A stretch of 63,999 nt of DNA, counting the filler, from Trypethelium eluteriae (taxonomy: Eukaryota): assembly GCA_051942245.1 (NCBI GenBank). It is 3 parts of 3 records of this genome, joined end to end, with 100 filler letters (N's around TTAATTAATTAA, not from the genome) between each part and the next. Parts side by side here need not be neighbours in the genome. Positions count along the whole stretch, not along the records: positions 22,098 to 44,073 come from JAVECL010000453.1; positions 44,174 to 63,999 come from JAVECL010000515.1; 1 more part is not named here. One strand, given 5' to 3'. Made by a program: the position numbers and the translations under genes. The notes beneath the pieces are model-generated. The model did not search any database and was not told the origin of the DNA. It saw nothing but the letters and a program-made list of their open reading frames with translations. Below are positions 35,511 to 47,100 of this stretch, piece by piece (positions within the stretch are counted from its first letter, which is position 1; each line of letters opens with the position of its first letter).

Positions 35511-37832
35511 CTATCCTAGGTAGACCCATTCCCTGTCACGGCTCTGCTGCACCCATGCAGTAATAATAACTTTGCCAACAGCAACTCTGGTAGCAAATCC
35601 TCGAGCCCAGTTTACCAGCATGACATTCGCCACTCTCCAGCTGGACCTAGGCATTGACGCTCGTTCTGGAGCTCTTCCTGGTCCTGGCGGAGGGGCCACT
35701 CGGACTGGTTCGTATCTGAAGGGGATTCTCGTCTCTTGATGCAACCCTTTCCCCCAAGAAAGCGTGATAAAATCTGCGAAGTCATTTGTGAGAGCTGGTG
35801 ATGCTGCAACGTGTGATGATATCCATATTTCGCCAACACAATCTCCATTATGATCCACTAGCTCGCGCAGTTGAAGTCGCGGAGAATACACGATGTTTTC
35901 TTCGAGAATAACTTTGCCAATGCGCAATTCTACTGGGATTGCGCTAAATTGCAACAGCGTTACCCCACTGCCAAGTTGTTGAACAATATAGGGTGACAAG
36001 CGCGGCCAGACGATATCAGAACCCCCTATGCCGCGAGCAGTCGAGGACACTAGCCCACTGAATTCCTGAGACAGCACCCGCATTGGCCCACATGGACTTG
36101 ACACTTCACGGTTGCTGAGCTGAGTAGGATACCAGGAAACAAAAGCAAGATGCATTGATCTCTGAAGTTCATTGATCTCTGAAGAACCAAGAGTTGCCTG
36201 TATCTGTCGCATCTCCTCCAGGTACCAAACACAACCATATTGAAACTCCCATCCGGCCCAGGACCAGCTGGGATAGCCGGAATCGGTTGGCGTTGGAGCA
36301 GCCCAGGGCATTGCTTGCCAGAGAAGTGCTTGGTGAAAATATACATCTGGAAGGCCAGCATGGTACTGTCCGACATGAGCTTGAAGGGTTTTGAGTACAC
36401 CTGCGATGGCATTGATCGCGTCGCTTGGGTTCGTCAACGAGCGCTGAGTATACATTGTAATAGCAGTGGTGTAGTTTGGGAATAAACCGAGATCAGCCTG
36501 TTTCTCGTTTATATTGAGTTGCCCGAAAGCAAGAAAGTCAAGGACCTGATATCCGATGCCTTTTTTATTCTCCTCTAGACTTCGCCGGTCTGCTACCCAC
36601 GCGAACGGACTGGAACGTCGTCGAATACTTTGTGATGGTCGGCTGGCCTCCAGAATGACGTCTTCACGCCATATAGCGTTCTTGCATTTGAAGTAAATCT
36701 GATGGTCTGTGAATAGAAGTAGACGGCCCGAAAATAATTTCTCCTGAAAAGTCCATCCTCGTGTATTCCATGTCAAAAAGGTGCCGCTGTCCACGGTGGA
36801 AAACGATGGGAAACAAGAGGCAAGACGAAAGCCTTTCACTTTCTCCATGTGCTGAGCGTACGGCCTCGTGGAGCTGATACCAGGAAGACCCCAATCTGCA
36901 TGAATACTTGAGCCAGCAGCAATCGTCACAGTGGCACTATTGTAGACTGCATCCATCCTTGACATTTGGTCTTTCTGCTCGGCCTTGTCATCTTGAACAA
37001 TACAAAGAGAATCGTTCCAGACATAACGAAATCCAAGAGACTGTGCGAGGTCCATCGTATCCCTAATAGTACGAGGCAGCACCTTTGGCAACTTTATATA
37101 GTCAGAACCTGAGGGCATTCTCTGGACATGCTCTCTTAAAGTCTTAGGCATTTTCATCTCCATCAACCTCTCGCCCCACACATAACTGATTGCGGCATAT
37201 GCACAATTTTTGGGAGCGGAGATAATGCACTTATGTTCAAGATCGATCACCCGGAGATTGAGAGGCAAACGAGTGGTAGATACCGCGACCTCGTCGCATG
37301 ATCGGCCATGATACCGTTGGCACTTTTTTAACCAGGACTTCAGCAACCCAATGTTAACCATGTCCGGGTTTACCGGGCGACACCAAAAAGGGAAATCTTT
37401 TTCCTCTTCATGACTTTTCGTCACGCGCTGGATTAACCCGGAGTAGTCGCCACTTTTGGTTGACACTCGTAGACCATACGTATAAGCCCCTGGAGCATGC
37501 TCCGCCGCTGCTTTTAAGTCCAATTTGTTAGAGTATCGCTCGGATCTCTCTGGACCGTCATAGTCAGATTGAGATACAAAAAGCTTCCAACTCTTCTCAT
37601 TTCGCAGTGTAATCCTCTCACCTGCCAATGCAGGTGCGTTCGGCGGTCTGGGGCCCAGGGCTGACACTACCAGTCTGCAAAAAGGACAGCTGGTAGATTC
37701 TTCAATTTGTTCCCAGCTGCCTAGCTTCTTAGACCAAGCATGTCGGTGAAGGAACTTGTCAAAGTCAATTTCGCGACAAACATTGCAGAGTCTGGAGGGA
37801 CGCAAGGGCGAAAGAGCACGCTTGTGGGCCAT
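35511..37832 (-). CDS. Heterokaryon incompatibility (HET domain) protein, 773 aa
   Basis: LRVID, YAAISYVWG, LPRTIRD...GFRYVWNDSLCIVQDD, MDAVY..ATVTI, WNTRGWTFQE and PSWSWAGW motifs; first in-frame ATG at 37832. Confidence 0.9.
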   Translation of the reverse strand: MAHKRALSPLRPSRLCNVCREIDFDKFLHRHAWSKKLGSWEQIEESTSCPFCRLVVSALGPRPPNAPALAGERITLRNEKSWKLFVSQSDYDGPERSERYSNKLDLKAAAEHAPGAYTYGLRVSTKSGDYSGLIQRVTKSHEEEKDFPFWCRPVNPDMVNIGLLKSWLKKCQRYHGRSCDEVAVSTTRLPLNLRVIDLEHKCIISAPKNCAYAAISYVWGERLMEMKMPKTLREHVQRMPSGSDYIKLPKVLPRTIRDTMDLAQSLGFRYVWNDSLCIVQDDKAEQKDQMSRMDAVYNSATVTIAAGSSIHADWGLPGISSTRPYAQHMEKVKGFRLASCFPSFSTVDSGTFLTWNTRGWTFQEKLFSGRLLLFTDHQIYFKCKNAIWREDVILEASRPSQSIRRRSSPFAWVADRRSLEENKKGIGYQVLDFLAFGQLNINEKQADLGLFPNYTTAITMYTQRSLTNPSDAINAIAGVLKTLQAHVGQYHAGLPDVYFHQALLWQAMPWAAPTPTDSGYPSWSWAGWEFQYGCVWYLEEMRQIQATLGSSEINELQRSMHLAFVSWYPTQLSNREVSSPCGPMRVLSQEFSGLVSSTARGIGGSDIVWPRLSPYIVQQLGSGVTLLQFSAIPVELRIGKVILEENIVYSPRLQLRELVDHNGDCVGEIWISSHVAASPALTNDFADFITLSWGKGLHQETRIPFRYEPVRVAPPPGPGRAPERASMPRSSWRVANVMLVNWARGFATRVAVGKVIITAWVQQSRDREWVYLG

Positions 37833-38422
37833 GCCCGCGTTGCAGAGGGTCAGTCCAATCGATCCTTCATATGACAAGCTCCAAAGAAAAGAGAGATAGA
37901 AACGAATCTGACAAATCAAACATACATAATGGCGCTCCCCATCGTTGATTATATACCTACCCGGCCGAATGCGTAGAAAGTGTTGTTTCAGCCTTTACTA
38001 CTTCAGCTTCAGCTTCAGCTAGCTTCAGATACCTAAGCAGGTTCCCATTTCTTCTATCCAGGATGTAGCAAAACGTGCACTTTTTGGAACTCCGGTCATA
38101 AGAGCATGTTTTAGGTAGTGTTAGGGACGTTAGCTCTGTTCGAATATGCATACAGCTACACTGATGGAGCATGCAAACTTGTCCATGAAGGCGGCACCTC
38201 TCATCACCACAAGCAAACCCTGGCAGCCACGCTAAGCGCTGCATGTGCTCCTAGTGCTCCTAGTGCTCCTGTGTGCCAAATTCGGGCAATGACGCGGGGT
38301 CGCGTTCCCTGTTTTTGATCCCTTATACAGAGCCCACTACATGAAAGACAGCACTCTGCAGTACACTTTCTCATGTCCTGAGCAGAATGCCCTACCGAAA
38401 TTCGGGTCATATCTGAGCGTTC

Positions 38423-41400
38423 ATGGCAGACTCTACGAGGACGCCTGCTGCACGACGCAGTGTTGACTCCAAAACAGGCTCAAGCCCTGCAGCTTCCCGA
38501 AGACCACCAGCCGGAAGCTCTGCTTCGCAGAGGAGCTCCACAGCGACAAGCACGAAGCCATCCTTAACTTCGAAACCATCTCCAGCCCCATCGACACGTC
38601 CGGCAGCAGGGAGTACTTTGAACAAGCCGCCCACGCGCCCGACATCGTCAACAACGGCAAGGAGAGTTGGCCTCGCTCCTCGACCTAACACATCTGATGC
38701 ACAGACCGAGGGCTCTGTTACCTCTGGTGATGAGAAGAAACCAGGAGTAGGAAATGGCGTTTCTAAGCGAATGTCGGCCCTTGGGTCTTCTACGAGCTCC
38801 AGACCGTCTGCAACACGGCCGACAGCTACCAGCGATCGCCGTTCGAACATCACGCCCTCAACGACGACTACGGCTAGGCGATCTACCGCAGAATCGCGCG
38901 CAACGCCGTCAAGTCCCTCGAAAACGGGAGTTTCAAGAATAGCCACTACGACCAAGTCCCCTCCGTCAAAGCTAAGCAAGGATGGGCCCAAATCCCCAAC
39001 GAAGCTTGAGAGGAGATCGCAGCCCAATATTGCCTCATCCTTACAGAGTGGTGGCGAAAAGTATGTCACAACTTCCGTACATTACGGGAGAATCAAATGC
39101 TGACTCAATCATTACAGCAAACTGCCTGAAGCAGCTGCCGCACCTAGTCGCCCGTCCACTACCCAAACGACGAAAGCAGCATCTGATGCTGAAGTAGAGT
39201 TTGGCAAACCCAATGCGCTCAGTTCTCCAAAGGCTGATCGAAAATTGTCTCGACCCACAACTTCGGGGAGTGCTCCAACTACCGAAGACGAGCGCACTAC
39301 CCAGGGCACCAGGAGTAGAGAAGTAATGAACGAGTTCTTCAAAGAGGCAGGAGCAAGGGACGCTCTTCAGAGTCGGATCAAAGACCTGGATGAAGAGGTT
39401 GCATTTCACAAGCGAGAGCGAGAGACAGCATCATCAAATCTGCAGAAGTTAGAAAAAGAATTTGGGGAGATGAAGGAAAAATCCGAGATGACACAGACTC
39501 AACATACGGACTCATTGGCACAAATCAGGGATGAGCATTCGCGGGAACTTGCCGACCTGCGGAGTCAACTTGATAAGGCTACTAGAGAACAAGAAAGGCT
39601 TGTAGATTTCGAGGGTAGAATCGCGTCATCGGAGAAATTATTGGAGGAAGCAAAAGCTGCTGCATCCGCTGCGGAAGCCGATGCTGCAAGTGCTCGTATC
39701 GATGCGCAGGCTAAAGACGCGAGTAGTGGGGAGCTATCAAAAACCATTGAAGATTTACAGCAGCAACTTCAGGATGTCCAGACTCAGGCTGCAGACTACA
39801 ATCGGAACCAGGAAGATGCAGCAACGCAGGCTCAGAGTAAGATTGCCTCTCTGGAGGAAGCACTGGCACGGCTGAAGAGCGAAAATACGACTATCTCGGA
39901 GAAATTGGAAGCTTCGATGAAGGAGGCAGAGGCAGCTGCAACTAAGTTGTCTGAAGAGCTAGATAGGGCTCGCGAAGTGAGTGAAAAGGAGTTGCGTCAG
40001 AAGGACGAAGCGATCAAACAATCTTCTCTATCTTTTGAATCGTTGAGAAATGAATTGAGTGAATTACACCAGGCTCACCAAGAAGAAATCCGGCAAAAAG
40101 ATACAGACAGAGAAAACGTTGAGCAGGCACAGAAGAGTCTGCAAACCGAAATCGATTCTTTGCGCGACTTGCATAGTAACGAACTCAGTAAGAGGGACGA
40201 GGCGGCGAAGAAAACTGACGAGCTCATTGGCGACCTTCAGAATAAACTGGAACAGTCCCAGCAAGGCGATGCTGACACTGGTAGGCTGATTGACGAACTT
40301 CGGAGCGAGCTGGCGATGATCAAGAAGCAGAATGAAGAATCTCTTCAGTCCAAAGTTGCAGAGATCGAACAGCTCAATAAAGTCTTGGAAGAGGCCCAGA
40401 ATGAAATCACCGCAACTAGGCAGCAAAATACCGACTCTTCTCGAACAAAGGATGAAGAGATTGCCAGTTTGAATCAGGCTATACAAAACCTCGAAACTGA
40501 GGCGCAAGCTTTGAAAGAGAGAGAACTCGAGGGCAGTAAAGAGAAGGCACACGAGCTCGACCAAATGAAAGAAGCCATGACGAAGATGCAAGAAGAAGTG
40601 CAAACTCTACGACAACATGAAGCGGACTTCAAACGCGAGACTGAAGAGAGCACGCAGGCGATGAACCAGGTGACCGAGGATCTGCAAAACGAAATAACCC
40701 GCCTTTCCCAACAAGCAGCCGAAATAAGGGAATCCAAGGATGCCGAACTTGCAAGCGTCAGAGAAGTTGTGGACAAGCTGCAAGGGGACATCGAAGAGCT
40801 CGAACAGCAAAAGGCCAGCACGTCCCAGAAGCAGGAGTCGGAGACTAAGGAGCTTGAAACCGTCATTGAAAATCTACAGAACGAACTTAAGCAGCTACAC
40901 CAGCAAGGCACCGATAGCAGCAAAGCTAAGGACGATGAGATTGAGCTGCTTAACAAGACCATGGCAGATTTACGTGAAAAGGTTTCGGAGACTGCCGAAC
41001 ATCAGAAAGAGACTACTGAACTACAGAAGATCATTGAGAGCCTCCAAGACGAGATCCAACAACTGCAGCAAAACGAGACCGAAAAGCGTAATGCCAAGGA
41101 CGATGAGATACATCAGCTGAGAGAAACTATTGAAGGCCTGCATGCGAGCGAGTTTGAGACATCCGAGCTTCAAAAGGTTATTGGGAATCTACAGAACGAA
41201 ATCCAGGAATTGCACCAAAAGGATTCCGAGAAAACCAATGCTCAAAATAACGAAATTCAGAGTTTGAACCAAAACATTGAAGTCCTGCAGAAGAACCTCT
41301 CAGAATCCGACGCTGCAAAGGGCCGGGCTCTCACGGAACTCACCACCACCCAGGGAGAGTTTGCAGGGTTGCAGAAAGCCCTGGACACTCTAGGGCAAGA

Positions 41401-42778
41401 TGATCAAGAAAAGGAAGCCCAACACGAAGCTGCACTGAATAATCTTCGAGGTGAACTTCAAAGCACGACAGAAGCGCACAAGAGCGAGCTGGATAAATTG
41501 CGAGAGGAGCATGCTGCCGGACAACTCAAGTCGATGGCCGATGTTGACGCCGAAAAAGCCGAGCTGCATGATAAGCTTAAGTCTACGGAAGAGTCTCTTG
41601 CTGCCACAAAGACTGCGCACGAGGAGGCCATCGGTAAAGCTCTGGAAGAATTACAGGAGAGCCACAGCAAGACCGTCAAATCTCTCCAGAAAGACTTCGA
41701 GCACCGTTTCTCCCAATCTCAAGCAGATTTCGACTCCCGATTTTCCACCGCCCAATCCGATTACGAATCCCGCCTCAAAAGCGGTCTCACCGAGTCCAAC
41801 GAAAACCTCGCCCGAGAACTCCAGCAGCAAAAAGACGACCACGAAAACGCCCTAATCGCCACGAACCGCGACCACGGCAAAAGGATGGAAGCCCTCAAAG
41901 CTGACCACGCCCGTGCCCTGGAGTCTCAGTCCGACGAGCACGCCGCCCGCCTCGCCGAGCTCAAAGCCGAAGCCGAGTTCGTCGCCGTCAACTCGCAATC
42001 TCTCTCCTCCCTCAAGGACGAGCACACGCGCGCCTTCGACGACCAGGCTGCGTCCCACAAGGAAGAACTCGCTCAGCTGCGCCGAGAGCTGGAAGCTGCG
42101 CACGCGGACCAGGTGCGCGAGGCGCACGAGGAGCAGCAGCAGGCGCTGCGACGGGCGGAGGCGGACGCCGCGGACTGGAAGGCGAGGGTTGCGACGGCGG
42201 AGGCGCAGCTTGAGCGGGTGATGAAGCCGGCGGAGATGCTGAGGGAGGAGAATGAGGGGTTGAAGGAGAAGCTGAGGGAGTTGGATGAGAAGGTGAGGGC
42301 GACGGTTGTGGGGGGGACGGGGACGCGACTGAAGGAGGGTACGCCGGATAAAGGGGTAGACTCTGCTGGAGCCCAGGGGCTGGGTGCGAGTAAGTGGGCA
42401 ACGGCTGCGGATGAGGAGGGAACGACAGAGGTAGTGGATGAGGAGCGAGGCGCGTCGTCAGAAGGGGAGGCGCAGAGTCATGAGGCGACACTGGAGGGCA
42501 CGGTAAGCCTTACCCATGATACGGTACGCCGGGCTCGTGTCCTGGCGTTCCGTGTCAGGTCCCGGATCTTTATCATACGTCTCTGACAAATATTCTTATC
42601 CGCAGCTGGCGAGTATGCATGTCCAGGTGCAGCAGCTCGAAGAGATCAATAACGAGTTTCTCGCTGAATCTTCTAGGTGAGGCAAGCTCACTCAAACATG
42701 TATGCACAACAATAGCTAACCAAATATAGGGTTCTGCGAAACATCTCGAGCAACGAGGCTACTACAGCTGCCCAGTGA
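38423..42778 (+). CDS. Long coiled-coil protein with basic Ser/Thr/Pro-rich N-terminus; function unknown
   Basis: Introns 39061-39117, 42503-42605 and 42677-42729 join the ORFs in frame; about 1000 aa of E/K/Q/L heptad sequence. Confidence 0.85.
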
Positions 42779-43051
42779 TAGGTTGAGTGCTCGGCTTTTT
42801 CTTTTTGTACATCTCATTCATGGCATGATGGAGCGAAGCATGGTGGAGCGAACGTCGTTATCTCCTTTGTTCCACCATTTCAATCGGTTTCGGATACCCC
42901 CTGCTGCACAGATTGCTTTTCTTGCAGGCAAGCATAGCGACACAAATTGACATTAATCTATTCATTTTCTCTATTGACTATCGTATCTATTTGCTCTGAG
43001 TGCTTTCATGAATGTGTCGTCTGTGAACTTGATTAGATTTATGCTACACGC

Positions 43052-44073
43052 CTAAACCTTGTAGAAGCAGAACGCATGGTAGAAACCCGCAGCATCCAGC
43101 TCCTCTTTGCTGACGAGTAGTGGCCCTTGGTCCCGTTGCCTAACGCCCATTCTCTCAGAAAGGGGACCCAGGACATGATTATCCTTTTCATCCTCCCAAA
43201 CTTCTGGAAAAGGCTTGCGATACTGCAACTCTAGATTGTAGTCTTCCGCCAAGCTATATAAAGTTAATGATTGTTTCCTACAAAGTGCAGTGCAAGACTT
43301 ACGCTCGAAAAGCCTCCCAGGGGACCACATATTCTGGTACAGTCTCCACAGCCTCTTCCAGGAAATAGAAGTACTTCCAACCAAAGGGTGGCCGAAAGAT
43401 ACCATCTTGAGGTGTCTTGCCTGGAAATTTCACGCGATAGATCTCGTTGCCCCATTGGAAGCCCTCTTCTTTCACTTCGCCGTCTTCTTCCTGTTCCTCC
43501 TTTGCCTCTTCTTTCTTCTCCGCTGTTGGTGCAACCTCCGGTGCATCTAAGCTCTTCTCGGGATCCCAATCATCATCATCGCTCCCAAAATCCGGCCTCG
43601 GTGTACCCCCATCCTCACTCCTACCGCCACCTGTGCCGTTTGGCTTTGGGCTGATTCCGTGATGCTCCTCAACCTTCGCTGTCAGAACATCCGAGTTGGG
43701 GATGACGCCCAAAAATCGGCCTCCTTTCTTCAGGGCGCCTGCCACATTTTTCAGCATGCCTCTTGCCTTGGACTCACTCTCAAACGCATAATGCATGCAA
43801 AACATCATGCTCACAACGTCAAACCCACCGCCGCTACCGAATCTGGCTGCCATGGCATTCGCTCCAGGGCCGACATTCCCGTCAATGCCAACTTCTCGTA
43901 TGATTGGGATTTCCCCCAGCCACTCCCCAAAGCAATCTTTTGTAAAGAAATGGCCCTCGAAAACTCTTTGCGGTCGTCCCCTGGGCCCTCCTCTCCCCCG
44001 CTGCATCTGCGTATATCTCTCCTTCGCCTGCTCAATCGAGACCTCCGCCGGATCAAGTCCCACATACAGATCC
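43052..44073 (-). CDS. ABD1: mRNA cap guanine-N7 methyltransferase (3' part, truncated at contig end)
   Basis: GLDPAEVSIEQAKERY, FDVVSMMFCMHYAFESE, LKKGGRFLGVIPNSD and YFLEEAVETVPEYVVPWEAF motifs; intron 43254-43302. Confidence 0.93.
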
Positions 44074-44173
44074 NNNNNNNNNNNNNNNNNNNNNNNNNNN
44101 NNNNNNNNNNNNNNNNNTTAATTAATTAANNNNNNNNNNNNNNNNNNNNNNNNNNNNNNNNNNNNNNNNNNNN
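44074..44173. other. Artificial contig spacer (N44-TTAATTAATTAA-N44)
   Basis: Same 100-bp structure as 21998-22097. Confidence 0.98.
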
Positions 44174-44192
44174 ATTGATTGATTGATTGATT
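44174..44192 (-). repeat. (AATC)n 3' tail of the LINE
   Basis: ATTGATTGATTGATTGATT at the contig start, downstream of the RNase H region. Confidence 0.8.
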
Positions 44193-47100
44193 ATGTCCTA
44201 CACCCAGTCAGGCCTAGCGCAGGCCCATGTGGGGAACTAGCTGACTAATATACAGTGTGAGAATGCCCTCGATATTATAAGCTCTTGTACAAGCTGAACC
44301 TTCCCTCTATCTAAGCTTTAGGATATGTTCTAGAGTGATGCCAATCTTGCATACAGCCTGGCATCCAAATTCTGCTTAAAGAGTTATTGCCAGCTGTTTG
44401 CTAAACTTTTGGCTTATTAACATTTCCTAAATATCCTATTGCTGTTATAAAGGAAAGTATCTTTTGGATAATTTAATAATCTAGTTTTTACTTCTTTATT
44501 TCTCTTTCTGTTTCTTTATCTGTATATGCTTTAATTAGGGTTCTTATGCTATATTTCTGTAAATTGCCCTGTTATATCTCTTATTTTTAGCTTAATTATA
44601 GCTGGCATTAATAAAGGAAGTGCTTTATTATTTCTGGGGCCCCGCACTTATAGAGGTTATTTTTTAATCTCTTAATTTTATGTAAGTAATTATTAAGTCT
44701 ATAGTATCCTAATCTAAGTTGGGCTAATAGTCTGGCCTTCTTACTGCTTTGTTTATTGTAAATATTCTTAATATGCTTCCCTAAAGCTGCCTTATTAAGT
44801 AGTGTAAAACACCTATTTTTAGATAGCTTTTAAAGCTAATTGCGGGCTTTATTTAGTTCCCTCTGCCCTAGTTTTTGTGCTGTAGCTATAGACAGTTATT
44901 TATTTATTAGGAGCTAGTCCTTCTTTATGGCTAACTTTGCTAGCATATGTGCCCTCTTATTCCTTTGGATATCCTTGTATGCCGGAACCCATATAAACTT
45001 AATTGGAATATCTCTTTAGTTTGCTTTATTTAATAGGATGTAAATCTTTTATAAGACCTTGCTCCTCCTTTAGGGATTTCTGATTATTTTAAAAGCCTTT
45101 TTATTATTAGATAGGATTTAGGTTGTGTTAAACCTTCTCCCTAGGCTAGGGAGCTAAAGGATAGCCATTTTTAGCCCCTAATTAATTGCTTTAAGTTCTA
45201 CCTCTGTAGGCTTTAGGTGGGGTCCTTTATCCACTGTTATAAACCTAGAGAGGCCCAGGAAATTTGGCGCATAAAAATTAAGACCTGCCAGTCCATTTCT
45301 TATGGATGTATTTATAAAGAGTGCTTATGTAGTTTTTTATACTTCTTATATTTGCTCCTTTTCTGTATTTAAGAAGACCCTAATTATTAGCTGCTATAGG
45401 GGTTTAATAAATACTGGGCGTATCTCTGTCCCCTCCAAGTTAATATTCTTAAATAGCTCTGCTATTATCTTATAAGGAGAGGTAAACTTTTTATTTTATT
45501 TTAACTATTTAAGTAACTTCCATCCAATATGTTTCTTTAGACGGGTATATAGGTTAACCTAATATTATTTAATAGCTTTATATAAACAGTCCTAAACTAA
45601 TTCTAACCCTCCCTTAATTATAGTTATATAATAGGCTGCTGTTTTAAATATTCTTATAATAATTAATGCTCTAATTTTTGTTGCCCTCTTAATTTTATAT
45701 TATATAATACCTAACAACCTAGGAAATTATATTAGGGCTTTATAATTAATAATTGGGGCAATTATAGCTATAAAGAGCTGGCAAGCTGCTTTTGGCTATA
45801 ATTTTTATAACCTTTTAAGTATTAAAGCTGCTTTTTCCCCTTTTTTTACCGCCCTTATTATATAAATTTAAAATCTAAGTCCCTAATTAAGGATTATACC
45901 CAGTAGCTTTACCTTTATAAAAGGCTGGATTTCTGCTTTTATTATTAGGAGTAAAGTTTTTATATTTTCTTTATTCCTTTTAGTAAAATAAATTAGCTAA
46001 GTTTTTTTTAATTTAAATATTACTCTGCTTTTTTTTGCCCATTGCTCTGCTGCTGAAAGGATTTTTATTTAGATTTAGTTTAGGTTCTCCTTAACTAACT
46101 TTTTAATTATTTAGGTATTAAAGTTATTTATAAATACTGCTAAGTTATTATTATTTAATACTTATTTAATTATTAAATTAGTGTTATAAAAAAAAAAGAG
46201 AAGCAGTAATAAAGGGGAGCCTTATAAAAGGCCCGCATATTTTATTTTTATAACTTTTAATTCCTTATTATTAATTATAATAAATACCTTTTTAAAAAGA
46301 CAGAATTTTAGGATTTATTATACTATTATTTTTGGTATTTATTTTTATTAAAGCCTTTAAGCTAATATATAGGGATTTACTTTATTATATGCTTTTTTTA
46401 TATTAAAGCTAATTAGGGAAAGTATTCTTTTTTATTTCCATACTTAATAAATTTATTCTATAATATACTGTAAAGCATTAATAATAGATTTTTATTTTTA
46501 AGCTCTAAAATAAGCTTTGGGCAGTAAATTATAGGTTTTATTTAGGTATAATAATTATTCTGCCAGGATAAATTTAAGGAGTTTTTTTAAGGTTGCTAAT
46601 AATAAGATTAGATAATAAGCTTTTGGCTATAAATAGTTTAGCTTATTTAACTTTTTAAGTGGGATAATTTATATTATTTTTTATTTTTATGGAAGGTATT
46701 TAATCCATATTAAGGCCTTAAATAACCTAAATATACAGTCCTTAATTACTGGCCATAACTTCTGCTATATTATTATGGGTAGCCTATTAGGCCCTGCTGC
46801 TTTAAATAGCTTAGCTTTTTAAATTACCTTATAAATCTCCTTTTTAGTAAGCTTTACTTATTAGAGCTGGTTGGGGGTATTTTTTTATGGTATTTATTTT
46901 ACCTCTGCCTTTTGGTTAAAAAATTAAATTAATAATATTTTTAAGATCTCCTTATTTATAATAATTACACCTTATTTTATTTATAAAGCTGGGATACCTT
47001 TAAATTAGCTTACCTTTATTAGGTGTATGTATTTAATTACTTTTTAGATATTTTCTGCTTTACTTAAGAACTTATGCTAATATAATTATTTTTGCCTTTA

